Assembly: GCA_945862315.1 (NCBI GenBank) | Contig: CAMAXW010000007.1 | Span: 3,773-67,772, forward strand | From: Klebsiella pneumoniae | Lineage (GTDB): Bacteria; Pseudomonadota; Gammaproteobacteria; Ga0077536 | DNA: 64,000 bases | Direction: 5' to 3' | Shown: positions 39,629 through 49,828 of the stretch, piece after piece | Layout: the number at the start of each line of letters is the position of its first letter | Position numbering within the stretch: position 1 is the stretch's first letter | Translations under genes and position numbers: made by a program | Notes under the pieces: model-generated | What the model saw: the letters and a program-made list of their open reading frames with translations, nothing else | What the model was told of the DNA's origin: nothing | Databases searched by the model: none

Positions 39629-40015
39629 TTAAGGCGCGTAGGCCATGACTTCAATTTCGACCAACGCGCCCGCCAGCACGAGACCCGAGACCACGGTGGA
39701 GCGCACCGGTGGAGAGGCGGGAAAATAGCTGGCGTAAACCGCATTGAAGCGCGCGAAATGTTCGCGATCGGTCAACCACACGGTTGCCTTGATCACGTGA
39801 CCGAGCGTGCAGCCAGCCTCCCGCAAAATTTGTGTGACGTTCTCCAGCGCCTGCCGAGTTTGAGTTTCAATATCCGCGCCGGCCAGTTTGCCGGTGCTAT
39901 CCAAACCCAGTTGGCCCGAGAGCAGCACCAAGTCGCCGGCGCGCACGCCTTTCGATAACGGCAATGCTTTACCGTCCGCTAGTCTTAGCTGACCGCCAAT
40001 AATTTGATGGGACAT
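39629..40015 (-). CDS. ridA: RidA/YjgF/TdcF-family reactive-intermediate deaminase
   Basis: The 128-aa protein contains LSGQLGLD, IETQTRQALENV, PVRSTV and ALVEIE. The start was set at MSHQIIGG. Confidence 0.85.
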   Translation of the reverse strand: MSHQIIGGQLRLADGKALPLSKGVRAGDLVLLSGQLGLDSTGKLAGADIETQTRQALENVTQILREAGCTLGHVIKATVWLTDREHFARFNAVYASYFPASPPVRSTVVSGLVLAGALVEIEVMAYAP

Positions 40016-40026
40016 CGTTAACTCCT

Positions 40027-41130
40027 TCAGGTGGATTGCGTTGATGCGCGAAAGATTTTCCAGATACCCAAGCTCAACAACGGCAATGTAAACACGACCA
40101 AAAAACACCACGCAAGGCTGCCGTAACCCTGCGCGATGAGATCCACAATCCCCACCCGCGACAACCACAGACTAAGCCCGGTCAGGACCGCCGCAAACAG
40201 CGCGTGACACCACGCGGGGAAAGCCCGCCCCGAGGTCTGGATGCGCCAAGCATCTAGCCTTTCGTTCAGCCCCTGTAACACACCAACGCCGGTTTGCACG
40301 ATCGTCATGAACAATAATCCGACGTAAATCCACAAGCAAACGGGTGCCCCATAGTGCACTACCAGCCAGTAAGCAGGCACCGGTTCGGTAATGATCTGCG
40401 GGTAATTGGCCATAAAACTCAGATGCAGCAAGAGCGCGGGTAATACCCCGGCGCACGCCGCAATAAACGCCGCCCCCAAGGCCTGCCCACGCTGTTCGAT
40501 AGCGGTGGTGGAATACAGCAATACGGGCACCAGCGCGCTGTTGTACATCGTGAATTGGGCGGCATGGGTAAACCAGCCAGATTTCATCTCACCACTACTC
40601 AGCGCGACCCAGATGTTATCCCCGCTCGCCTGCCACACCAAAGCACACAGGCTGACTAGCCCCAGACTGATAGCCACGGCGCCCGCGGTTAGCGTGACCG
40701 CCACCAGACGACGACCAAAGAAATTACACAGCACGACCACCGACAACATCAGCAGCGTACCCACCTGAGAGGGCATGCCGACGGCATCCCCCAACACCCG
40801 CCCAGCGGCCGCCCCGGTGACCGCCAGAACGATGATCAACAATACGATGAAACAAATCTCGTAGGCCACCCAACAGGGTCCCAGCAGGGTATGGAGAAAG
40901 TCACGATAGTTGTACACCCGAAACAGACGAGCAAACTCGAAACTAGCGGCGAGCACGGCCGTGAAGCCCAAAGTGACCAGCGCAATGCCCGCTAAGCCAC
41001 CCAACGGACCAAAGGCTGAGACAAATTCCACCACTTCGCGTCCCGTCCCATACGCGCCACCCACCACGACCGACTGAAAAACACCGGCCGGAACCAAATA
41101 AATAGCGGCTAGCCTGCGCCAATTGAACAT
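40027..41130 (-). CDS. Polytopic membrane transporter, YkvI-like (APC-superfamily fold)
   Basis: It has ~10-11 TM helices. The N-terminal segment VVGGAYGTGREVVEF resembles the YkvI motif GAGFATGREIVEFF (from memory). Confidence 0.6.
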   Translation of the reverse strand: MFNWRRLAAIYLVPAGVFQSVVVGGAYGTGREVVEFVSAFGPLGGLAGIALVTLGFTAVLAASFEFARLFRVYNYRDFLHTLLGPCWVAYEICFIVLLIIVLAVTGAAAGRVLGDAVGMPSQVGTLLMLSVVVLCNFFGRRLVAVTLTAGAVAISLGLVSLCALVWQASGDNIWVALSSGEMKSGWFTHAAQFTMYNSALVPVLLYSTTAIEQRGQALGAAFIAACAGVLPALLLHLSFMANYPQIITEPVPAYWLVVHYGAPVCLWIYVGLLFMTIVQTGVGVLQGLNERLDAWRIQTSGRAFPAWCHALFAAVLTGLSLWLSRVGIVDLIAQGYGSLAWCFLVVFTLPLLSLGIWKIFRASTQST

Positions 41131-41157
41131 CAGAAGATTCCTTTGAAAACATCAACA

Positions 41158-41190
41158 CGGCCCGCAACAGGGCCCGCAACAGGGCCCGCG
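41158..41190 (-). repeat. 12-nt tandem repeat x2.7 carrying three self-complementary GGGCC(C) cores in the operon leader
   Basis: The minus strand reads cgcGGGCCCtgttgcGGGCCCtgttgcGGGCCgtgttgatgtttt, ending 28 nt before the ATG. Confidence 0.85.
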
Positions 41191-41598
41191 CCCAACCTTA
41201 TAACAACCATTCAGGATGGCTGCTTGTAACGGTATTTTTAGGCTTGCATCTTAGCGTCATCAAGCGTTAAGCGGTGGCTGATGCCGGTTTCCCTGTGCGT
41301 GGATACTGTTGAGAATTGCTGCTCAGAGGCCCCGATTAATACGAATAAAATCGGGCATCTAGAGAAGTGGTCCGCAGACCCAAATAACCTGCCCGCAGCC
41401 CGAGGTTGGCTGAGTCATTGCCGATCGCCATGCTGCGATTTCTCAAACTTGGCGCAGCAAGCTTGGACAATAAAAAAAACTGCAGAGGGATGCCTAAACG
41501 GGCTGCACGCCCATGGGCTTGGACAGTTAAAAACACTCATCCGCGCCGCTTGCCCCTCACCACAGCGCCAGTCAAACATCACGCCACCGGTAGGCGTT

Positions 41599-43212
41599 TT
41601 AAGCAAGACCCCCACTGTTCGGCGGGTGCTGGGTCGCCTGCGTCATCTCCAGCAGCGCACGCCCCACCCTAGCCACCACGTCGTGCCAATCGCCCTGCGT
41701 AGGCTGCCGGAAAAGCCGCGCAGTGGGGTACCACGGACTATCCGTGCGTGTGAGCAGCCAGCGGAAATCGGGCACGTAGGGCAATAGTACCCAGAGGGGT
41801 TTTGCCAGCGCACCGGCGAGATGCGCCACCGAGGTGTCGACACTGATCACCAAATCCAAAGTATCGATCAACGCCGCGGTGTGGGCGAAGTCCAGCAGAT
41901 TAGACTCGTGACGGCAGATTTCAGGATGCCGGGCGAACATCGGCAAGTCAGCGGGTCGCACCTGATTGTGCAAAGAGTGGAATGCTACCGGCAGCGCCAG
42001 CAGCGGCTCTAACAGCTCCAAAGCAATACTGCGATTGCGATCGTTAGCATGTTGCGGGTTACCGAACCAGACCAGTCCTACCCGCCATTGCCGACGCACG
42101 CCTAAGCGCGCCCGCCACTGTGTCGCCAGCGCCGGCGGGGGGCTTAAATAGGGCACCGCCGCGGGTATGGAACTCAGACGCGTGCCAAACGCCAAGGGCA
42201 AACTCAGCAGCGCACAGTGTCCATCAAAGGGGGGCCGGGTGGCGCCAACCGGCAACACGCTCAGACCTGGCGCGGGCGCCGGGAGCAATGGCACGAGGGC
42301 GGTTGGCACTTCCAAAATAACGCGTGCGCCACGCGCTAATAACGCCGGCACATAGCGATAAAACTGCAGAAAATCGCCCAGTCCCTGCTCGGCGTAGACC
42401 AATAAGGTGCGCTTAGTCAGCGGCCAGTCGCCACGCCACGGCGGTGCTTCGAACTCGCGGTTAGCAAGCCCTAGAGGATGGTTTAGCCGGGCTTCATAAC
42501 CGGCCCAACCCGCCGCGAAATCACCCAGTAATAACTGGTGTAGGGCTTGATTGAGGTGCGCCTGCGAACACCGCGGCAACAGCGCGAGAGCACGCGTGTA
42601 GACCGCGGCCACTTCCGCCAGTCGGCCGCACTCGCCCAGCGCTGCCGCCAGGTTGAGGTAGGACTCTGCGTGCAAAGGCCGCAGCGCCAGCGCGCGTTCA
42701 TAACAGGGCACGGCCTCCGCCGATCGGTGCGCATCACGCAACAGGTTGCCGAGGTTGTAATGGGCATCGGCGTGCGTGGAATCTAGCGCGATAACGCGCT
42801 GATAGCTTAGCCGCGCATCTTCGCAACGATTGAGTTGGCGCAGTACGACGGCGCAATTGAAATGAAAAACCGCAGTGGCTGGACTGAGTACCGCGGCCCG
42901 TTGGTAGCACTGCAGCGCGCCGGCGAGTTCCCCCGCCGCGTGACTTGCGTTGCCCAATCGATACCACCCTTTGGCGAAGTCCTTATCCACGGCAACCGCC
43001 TGCGCAAAGCTTGCCCGGGATGCTTGCACCTGACCCGACTTTCCCAAAGCGAGGCCCAACTGGTAATGGGCCTCTGGGTCTTGCGGATTGACGGCCACTA
43101 GCGTTCGTAACGCCTCGCAAGCGGGTTCCAGATATCCAGCGTCGAGCAGCGCCACGGCCTGCGCCAACTGCCGCGCACGGCCGAACTTCGGCGGGGGTTT
43201 AGGCGGCGTCAT
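41599..43212 (-). CDS. TPR-repeat protein fused to a GT9-like (heptosyltransferase-fold) glycosyltransferase domain
   Basis: The N-terminal ~270 aa carry repeated TPR signatures (AHYQLGLAL, GWYRLGNA, AHYNLGNLL). The C-terminus contains DLVISVDTSVAHLAGALAKPLWVLL, typical of the GT9 fold. Confidence 0.7.
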   Translation of the reverse strand: MTPPKPPPKFGRARQLAQAVALLDAGYLEPACEALRTLVAVNPQDPEAHYQLGLALGKSGQVQASRASFAQAVAVDKDFAKGWYRLGNASHAAGELAGALQCYQRAAVLSPATAVFHFNCAVVLRQLNRCEDARLSYQRVIALDSTHADAHYNLGNLLRDAHRSAEAVPCYERALALRPLHAESYLNLAAALGECGRLAEVAAVYTRALALLPRCSQAHLNQALHQLLLGDFAAGWAGYEARLNHPLGLANREFEAPPWRGDWPLTKRTLLVYAEQGLGDFLQFYRYVPALLARGARVILEVPTALVPLLPAPAPGLSVLPVGATRPPFDGHCALLSLPLAFGTRLSSIPAAVPYLSPPPALATQWRARLGVRRQWRVGLVWFGNPQHANDRNRSIALELLEPLLALPVAFHSLHNQVRPADLPMFARHPEICRHESNLLDFAHTAALIDTLDLVISVDTSVAHLAGALAKPLWVLLPYVPDFRWLLTRTDSPWYPTARLFRQPTQGDWHDVVARVGRALLEMTQATQHPPNSGGLA

Positions 43213-43507
43213 CCGTCAGGGGACCTCGTCAAGCCGCAGCGAACTCGCGGGTGCGGCGCGCGGGCCCAGCGATGGATAGTTGTCCAGAGTCGTTGCGCGC
43301 GACTGTCCACCGCCAGCGCCTAGTGTTAAGGGACCGCGGTGAAGCTTGCCGGCATTAAATGACAAAGCCCTGACAGTGCCGCTTGGTGGTGTTGATAATT
43401 GACAGAGTAGGCTCGGGATCTGCGTGCCTGCGTGATGTCAGTCCACGGCCGCCCCAAGGGGTGTTCGCGCCGCCCTACTCGGTGGGTCGCCACCGCGACG
43501 TATACCG

Positions 43508-44950
43508 CTAGAACAGCGGTGGGCGCGTGGGTAGCGTTGGCGGTGATTTGGGCACCGGCGTCGTGAGTCGATCGGCCTGCGTCACCCAGCCCCCGCCCAT
43601 GGCCTTGTAGGTGTTTACTGAGGATGTCAGCAGTTGCGCACGCAGCCCGGCCAAGGATAACTCCGCTGGGAACAGGCTCTGTTCGGCCTGCAGCACGGTC
43701 GTGTAGCTGGTGTAACCACCGACAAACTGCAAGTTCGCCAAGTCCGTGTATTGTTTCAGGGCGGCCACCAGACGGACCTGCGCGGCCAGTTGGACTTGCA
43801 GTTGTTGGTTGGCAATCAAGGCGTTGTCCACGTCGGAAAAGGCATTGCGGATGGCCAGCTGATAACTCAACAGGGCTGAGTTTTGTGCCGCCTCGGCTTG
43901 CGCAACCTGCCCACTAATAGCACCGAACGTAAAAATGGGTCCGGCTAGGCTACCGGCGTAGGTCCAGACCCGCGCCGATCCCTTAAAAAGATCCGTTAGA
44001 TCCGTGCTGGCCGTGCCTAACACCCCGGTGAGCGATATTTTGGGGAAGTACAGCGCCTTGGCGGCACCGATCTGTGCGTTAGCCGAAATGAGCTGCTGCT
44101 CGGCTTGCAGCAAGTCAGGCCGCCTTTCAAGCAAGTCTGAGGGAACCCCCTGCGGCACCGGCGGCAAAATAAGCTCGTCCACCGACTTGCCGCGGGTAAT
44201 CGGGCCCGGATCACGCCCCACCAACACCGCGAGGGCGTTCTCAAGCTGCCCAATTTGAGTTTCGATGACGGGAATCTGCGCCGCCGCCGTCTCGTACTGA
44301 GACTGGGCCTGCGCCACATTCATTTGTGATACTTGGCCGTACTGATACTGCAGCGTGAACAGGGCTACCGAATCTTTATAGGTGCTCAGCGTGCGCTTGG
44401 CGACCGCCAATTGAGCATCCAGACCGCACAGCTGCAAATAGCTGTCAGCGATCGTTGCCACCAGCGATAGCACCACGCCGCGCCGTGCCTCGTCGCTCGC
44501 CAGCACGTTGGCGAAAGCCGATTCAGACTGGCGTCGGATACGGCCCCAGAGGTCGAGTTCCCAACTGGCCGACAGCGTCGCGTTGTAAACGGTAGTGGGC
44601 AGCGCGCCATGCTGGCCTTGGCCGCTCACACCGTAGCCGGGCTGCGGGAATAACTGGGAACGCGTTTGCAACAGCACGGCAGACAGGTTGTCCACGTTGG
44701 TCGCCGCAATGGCAATGTCGCTATTGTGGGCAAGTCCCTCGAGGATCAGCTGGTCGAGGACCGGATCTTTAAACTGGTTCCACCACGTGGTGTCTGCCGT
44801 GGCGGCAGCCGCGGCGGTTTCGTGCGCAAAGGCTGCCGGCGCGGTCACCGCGGGGCGCTCGTAGTTGGGGCCCATCATGCAACCACTGCTGAGCGCAATC
44901 GCACAAGCAGCCAGCGCGAATGTTAAAAATTGGCGACGAGGACGGATCAT
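43508..44950 (-). CDS. RND efflux outer-membrane factor lipoprotein (NodT/OprM family)
   Basis: The lipobox is LSSGC. It has duplicated OEP repeats and the NodT-family length. Confidence 0.88.
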   Translation of the reverse strand: MIRPRRQFLTFALAACAIALSSGCMMGPNYERPAVTAPAAFAHETAAAAATADTTWWNQFKDPVLDQLILEGLAHNSDIAIAATNVDNLSAVLLQTRSQLFPQPGYGVSGQGQHGALPTTVYNATLSASWELDLWGRIRRQSESAFANVLASDEARRGVVLSLVATIADSYLQLCGLDAQLAVAKRTLSTYKDSVALFTLQYQYGQVSQMNVAQAQSQYETAAAQIPVIETQIGQLENALAVLVGRDPGPITRGKSVDELILPPVPQGVPSDLLERRPDLLQAEQQLISANAQIGAAKALYFPKISLTGVLGTASTDLTDLFKGSARVWTYAGSLAGPIFTFGAISGQVAQAEAAQNSALLSYQLAIRNAFSDVDNALIANQQLQVQLAAQVRLVAALKQYTDLANLQFVGGYTSYTTVLQAEQSLFPAELSLAGLRAQLLTSSVNTYKAMGGGWVTQADRLTTPVPKSPPTLPTRPPLF

Positions 44951-45089
44951 TGGGGGGACATTCGGCAAACAGCGGACCGCCGCGAGCCCGCGTTAGCCGC
45001 AGCGCCCAGAACCAACGGCTTGGCGCACCGGTGCAAGCCGCGTAGAACCCAGTCGGCCGGGCAGTTCGCCACTAGCGGTGCGCAAGACC

Positions 45090-48000
45090 TCATGGCGCCG
45101 CCGCCTCATGGGCCGCAGCCTTCAGTTTTGCCGCCTGGTCTTTGGCCTCGGCTTTGGCTTTACGGCGTTCAGCGAGTTGGTCGAAAACATAGAACAACAG
45201 CGGCACGTAAAGCATTGCCAAGGTGGTCTCCGCCAGCATGCCGCCCATGATGCCCGTGCCGATTGAGTGCCGCGCGTTAGCGCCTGCGCCCACGGCAATG
45301 GCCAGCGGCAGACAGCCCACGGCGAAAGCGAGGGAGGTCATGATAATCGGGCGTAGCCGTTGCTCGCCGGCCAGCACCGTGGCTTCCATGATGGTCTTGC
45401 CTTGCTTACGAAAATCTACCGCCGCCGAGACCCGCAACACGGCGTTCTTGGCGCCGAGACCTATCAATACCAGTAGGCCAATTTGGAAATAGACGTCGTT
45501 TTCGAGCCCGCGAATATAGTTGGTCAGGAGCGCGCCGAGCACCCCGAACGGAATGGCCGTCATCACCGCGCCCGGCAGCGTCCAAGATTCGTACTGCGCC
45601 GCCAGCACCATGAAAACGATCAGCATGCCAAAAGCAAAAGCGATGGTTGAGGTGCCGCCGGACTGCTTCTCCTCGTAGGCCACACCCGACCAAGCAAACG
45701 CATACCCCGCCGGCAGATCGGCCGCCAATTCCTCCATGGCCGCAATGGCCTGACCCGAGCTATAGCCCGGCGCCGCGCCACCGATGATTTCGGCGGCCGG
45801 GAAACCATTGAAGTGAGGCACCATATCGGGTCCCGTGGTCCATTCCGTAGTGACCACCGCGGACAACGGCACCATTTTTTTATCGGCAGAACGTGTGTAT
45901 AAGCGCGTGAGGTCTGCCGGTTCGCGGCGAAACGCCGCGTCGGACTGCACTATCACCCACCAAGTTTGGCTGTATTCGCTGAACTGACTGACGTTGAGCG
46001 AGCCAAACTGGGCCTGAATGGCGGTGTAGACATCTGGCACCGCCACCCCGAGCAACGTGGCCTTGTCGCGATCGACCACTGCGCGCAGTTGTTGGGTGTT
46101 GGCATTGAAGGTTGAACGCAGCGGCGCCAGTTCTGGGCGTTTGCTGGCCCTGGCGATAAACGCTTTGGTTTGCACGTCGAGAGCCGCTGGGCTACCCGCG
46201 GTAGTGTCTTGAATCCAGAACTCAAACCCACCGGTCGTGCCAATGCCGGGAATCGCCGGTGGCGCGATGGGCAATACGATGGCTTCTTCGATGTGCCGCG
46301 CCTGACTAAAAAACTCCCGGAGGATAGCGCGGGTGTTTTGGGTCTTTGCGCTGTCTATCGTCGCGTAGCGTTCCTCGAAATCTTTGAAGGTCAGGAAGAA
46401 CGTGGCCGCGTTGGTCTTCAGAGCACTGTCGAGCAGGCTGTAGCCCGTGATCATCGTGCGTTTTTCGATGCCCGGGATAGTGGCCAAAATAGCATCCACG
46501 CGCTCCGCGACGGCCTCCGTGCGATCCAAGCTCGCGGCCTGCGGCATGATAATGGCCACCATCGCGTAGCCCTGATCTTCCTGCGGCACAAAACTGGTGG
46601 GCAGAATCTGGAACAAATGCCAAATGCACCCCAGAAACACCACCAGCATTACGAAGGCTAATGCCATCCGCTTAATGACCAGCTCCACCGCGTGGCCGAA
46701 GGCTCGTGTCAGAGCATCCACCCGGCGATTAAACCACGCAAAAAACCCTTTTTGGGGTGGTGGCGTGTGCTTGAGCAGCAACGCGCACATGGCCGGCGTG
46801 AGGGTCAGCGCAATGAAGCCCGAGACCGACACAGAGATAACAATCGTGACCGCGAATTGCTTGTACAACTGCCCGGTCGTGCCGGGCAGCAGCGCCGCGG
46901 GAATGAACACCGAGACCATCACCAACACCACCGCCACCAACGAACTGCCAATCTCCTGCATCGCCCGAATGGTGGCGTCCTTCGGTGAAAGATGGTGCTG
47001 ATGCATGATGCGTTCGACGTTTTCTACGACGACGATCGCATCGTCGACGACCATCCCGATGGCGAGGATCAGGCCAAACAGCGTTAACAGGTTGATAGAA
47101 AACCCGAGCATCAACATGCCGGAGAACGTGGCTACCAGCGCCACCACGATCGCCACGGTGCAAATCAGTGTGGTGCGCAGGCTCTGCAAAAACAGATACA
47201 CCACCATCACCACCAGCACCATGGCTTCCAGTAGCGTCTTGATAACTTCTTTAATCGACATGCGCACGAAGTCATTGGTATCGAGCGCCACGTCGTAATC
47301 CATACCCACAGGGAAGCGCGTTTTCATGTCCGCCAGCGCCTTACGCACCGCATCGGAGACCACCAGTCCGTTAGCGCCCGCCTGCTGATAGATGGCGATG
47401 AAGGTACCGGGTTGGTTATTTAATTTACTGTCGACAACATATTGGCTACGCCCGATTTCAGCGCGCGCCACATCACCCACACGCACCAAAGCGCTGCCAT
47501 CCTGGCTCGCGCGCAAGATGATGTTTTCGTACTGTTTGGGTTCGGTGAACTGGCTCTGCGTCACCACCGGGAAGGTGAGTTCGTTAGGACCACTACTGGG
47601 CTCTTGGCCAATCTGCCCCGCGCCAAATAGCGAATTTTGTTCGCTGATGGCGTTTGCAATGTCGGTCGTGGTGATGCCCAGCGAGGCCATGCGGTCTGGC
47701 TGCATCCAGATGCGCATCGCTTGATTAGGCACGCCCATGATCGTCGCTTGTCCGGCGCCCGGCACCCGTTTAATGGCGTCGAGCACATACACGTTCGCGT
47801 AGTTAGCGACGTAATCCGCGCTGTAACGCTCGCTATCACCGGTCACGGCCAGCAGCATCATGATGGTGGAGGATTTCTTTTGTACCGACACGCCTTGTTG
47901 GGTCACGGACTTGGGCAGCTGGGGTGCGGCCAAGTTGACCCGGTTTTGCACCTGCACCTGCGCGATGTCGGGGTCGGTACCCAGCGCAAAATAGACCACC

Positions 48001-48272
48001 AAGTTCAACTGGCCCGTGGCCGAGCTGGTGGAGGTCATATAGAGCATGTTGTCGACGCCGTTGATCTGGGCCTCAATAGGCCCGGCCACAGCATCGGCCA
48101 GCGTCTTCGCGTCGGCCCCGGGATAGGTTGCCGAAACGGTCACCTGCACGGGGGTAATGGCGGGGTACTGCTGCACCGGCAGCACGAGCAAGGACACCAG
48201 TCCGGCAACCACTAGCAACAACGCGAGAATGGTGGCGAAAATCGGCCGATCAATAAAAAAGCGCGAGAACAT
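45090..48272 (-). CDS. RND multidrug efflux permease (AcrB/MexB-type, HAE1)
   Basis: It is 1060 aa with the N-terminus MFSRFFIDRPIFATILA and the 12-TM RND architecture. Confidence 0.93.
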   Translation of the reverse strand: MFSRFFIDRPIFATILALLLVVAGLVSLLVLPVQQYPAITPVQVTVSATYPGADAKTLADAVAGPIEAQINGVDNMLYMTSTSSATGQLNLVVYFALGTDPDIAQVQVQNRVNLAAPQLPKSVTQQGVSVQKKSSTIMMLLAVTGDSERYSADYVANYANVYVLDAIKRVPGAGQATIMGVPNQAMRIWMQPDRMASLGITTTDIANAISEQNSLFGAGQIGQEPSSGPNELTFPVVTQSQFTEPKQYENIILRASQDGSALVRVGDVARAEIGRSQYVVDSKLNNQPGTFIAIYQQAGANGLVVSDAVRKALADMKTRFPVGMDYDVALDTNDFVRMSIKEVIKTLLEAMVLVVMVVYLFLQSLRTTLICTVAIVVALVATFSGMLMLGFSINLLTLFGLILAIGMVVDDAIVVVENVERIMHQHHLSPKDATIRAMQEIGSSLVAVVLVMVSVFIPAALLPGTTGQLYKQFAVTIVISVSVSGFIALTLTPAMCALLLKHTPPPQKGFFAWFNRRVDALTRAFGHAVELVIKRMALAFVMLVVFLGCIWHLFQILPTSFVPQEDQGYAMVAIIMPQAASLDRTEAVAERVDAILATIPGIEKRTMITGYSLLDSALKTNAATFFLTFKDFEERYATIDSAKTQNTRAILREFFSQARHIEEAIVLPIAPPAIPGIGTTGGFEFWIQDTTAGSPAALDVQTKAFIARASKRPELAPLRSTFNANTQQLRAVVDRDKATLLGVAVPDVYTAIQAQFGSLNVSQFSEYSQTWWVIVQSDAAFRREPADLTRLYTRSADKKMVPLSAVVTTEWTTGPDMVPHFNGFPAAEIIGGAAPGYSSGQAIAAMEELAADLPAGYAFAWSGVAYEEKQSGGTSTIAFAFGMLIVFMVLAAQYESWTLPGAVMTAIPFGVLGALLTNYIRGLENDVYFQIGLLVLIGLGAKNAVLRVSAAVDFRKQGKTIMEATVLAGEQRLRPIIMTSLAFAVGCLPLAIAVGAGANARHSIGTGIMGGMLAETTLAMLYVPLLFYVFDQLAERRKAKAEAKDQAAKLKAAAHEAAAP

Positions 48273-48358
48273 TGAGCCCTCAGCGCCGCACGTTGGGGGC
48301 GAGCCGCGCGGGGCCCCACAGGGTCAAACGGGCGGCCGAAATTCGTGACGCGATCATT

Positions 48359-49543
48359 CTAGGTGCCTGCGGCTGGGGCCGCCGCATCCTTGCTGACCGC
48401 CGGCATCACCTGCACCGTAGCGCCCTGATAAAGCCGCTGCGCACCGTCGACGACCACTTTTTCACCCGCATTTAGCCCGTCGTTGACGAACCAATTATCA
48501 CGCTGCCACTCGCCCACGATGATGGACCGAACCTCAGCTTTGCCGGCCTCGTCTATCAACCAAACAAAGTGCCCCTTCGCACCCTGCTGCACCGCTCGCT
48601 GGGGCACCAAGATGGCGTTCGGCCGCACCGCGCCCAGCAGGCGCACTCGCACGTACTGGTTGGGGCGCAACTGGCCCTCGGGGTTGTCGACCGTCGCGCG
48701 CAGCAAGAAAGTGCCAGTCTCCGTGTTGTAAGAAGGATTCGCGAACGTGATTTTGCCAGTAAACGGGTAAAGGCTGCCGTCAGAGCGTTCAATCTCGACG
48801 GTCATGTTGCGGTCTTTCGGCAAGCGAATACGCCCGGACTTGGTTTCGTTCTCGAGACGCTGAACTTGATTTTCCGACAAGCTGAAATTAACCCAGATGG
48901 GTGTAATCACCGAGACCGTGGTCAGTTGGCTGTTCTGCGGGCTGAGGTAGCTACCGTCGGTAATCGCGGCGGAACTGGTGATGCCGTCCACCGGTGAAGT
49001 GATGGTGGTGTAGGACAAATTAAGGCGCGCCGTCTCCAGCTGCGCCTGCGCCTGCGCCACCGCCGCCTCAGACTGCTCGTATTGGCCCTGCGCGTCGTCT
49101 AAGTCTTTTTGCGACAACGCGTTCTGTTGCACGAGGGGTTTGGTGCGTTTAAGGCTCGCGGTGGCGACCTCCAAAGCGGCTTGATTACGCTGCACGACTG
49201 CCACGGCCGCATCAACCTGAACTTGGAAGGGCTTAGGATCCATCTGGAACAGCACTTGGCCAGTCTTGACCACGGCGCCTTCGGTATAGACGCGTTTGTC
49301 GAGGAAACCCGACACCCGAGCCTGAATGTTCACCAGTTGCGAACTCTGCGTTTGCGCCACGTACTCGGCGCTGACCGGTGAGTCGGTCGGTACGATGGTA
49401 AGGAGCGTGACCTCCAATGGCACTGCCAGCGGCGTGGGCGGCTTGTTGCCGCAGCCAGCCAAGGCTGCCACCAGCCCCACCAAGGTGCCAAGGCGGGTCA
49501 CTGACCAAGTTGGATTGCGGAAATTCAGCATGCGGGAACTCAC
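48359..49543 (-). CDS. RND efflux periplasmic adaptor (membrane fusion protein) lipoprotein
   Basis: The lipobox is LAGCG. It has the coiled-coil hairpin region and beta-barrel region typical of AcrA/MexA. Confidence 0.88.
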   Translation of the reverse strand: MSSRMLNFRNPTWSVTRLGTLVGLVAALAGCGNKPPTPLAVPLEVTLLTIVPTDSPVSAEYVAQTQSSQLVNIQARVSGFLDKRVYTEGAVVKTGQVLFQMDPKPFQVQVDAAVAVVQRNQAALEVATASLKRTKPLVQQNALSQKDLDDAQGQYEQSEAAVAQAQAQLETARLNLSYTTITSPVDGITSSAAITDGSYLSPQNSQLTTVSVITPIWVNFSLSENQVQRLENETKSGRIRLPKDRNMTVEIERSDGSLYPFTGKITFANPSYNTETGTFLLRATVDNPEGQLRPNQYVRVRLLGAVRPNAILVPQRAVQQGAKGHFVWLIDEAGKAEVRSIIVGEWQRDNWFVNDGLNAGEKVVVDGAQRLYQGATVQVMPAVSKDAAAPAAGT

Positions 49544-49828
49544 GAGTTGATCGTTTACGACCGGTCGTCACCCTAGCAAAATCCTGCGCGAATGAGAACC
49601 CGAAGCATTGCGGGTCGCATGCAACCAGCGGGCAGCCGGCCCGCGCAGGCATACGATTCGGCAAACTTCCGGTCTATCGGGTGGTTTCACCAGGATAGTC
49701 CCGCCTCCACTGCGGCCACCTGCTGCCGGGGCCACGCCACGCAAGTGTTGGGCGCGGCGGGGCGCGAGACGCTTTCGTCATCAACAGCTCCCGGCCTATA
49801 GTCCTAACAAGGTGGCGCGGCCGGGCGC

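Noticed and set aside
41158-41190. Possible mini CRISPR or VNTR
   Set aside because: There are only 2.7 copies of a 12-nt unit, with no spacers and no cas genes. It is better explained as leader-RNA structure (see findings).
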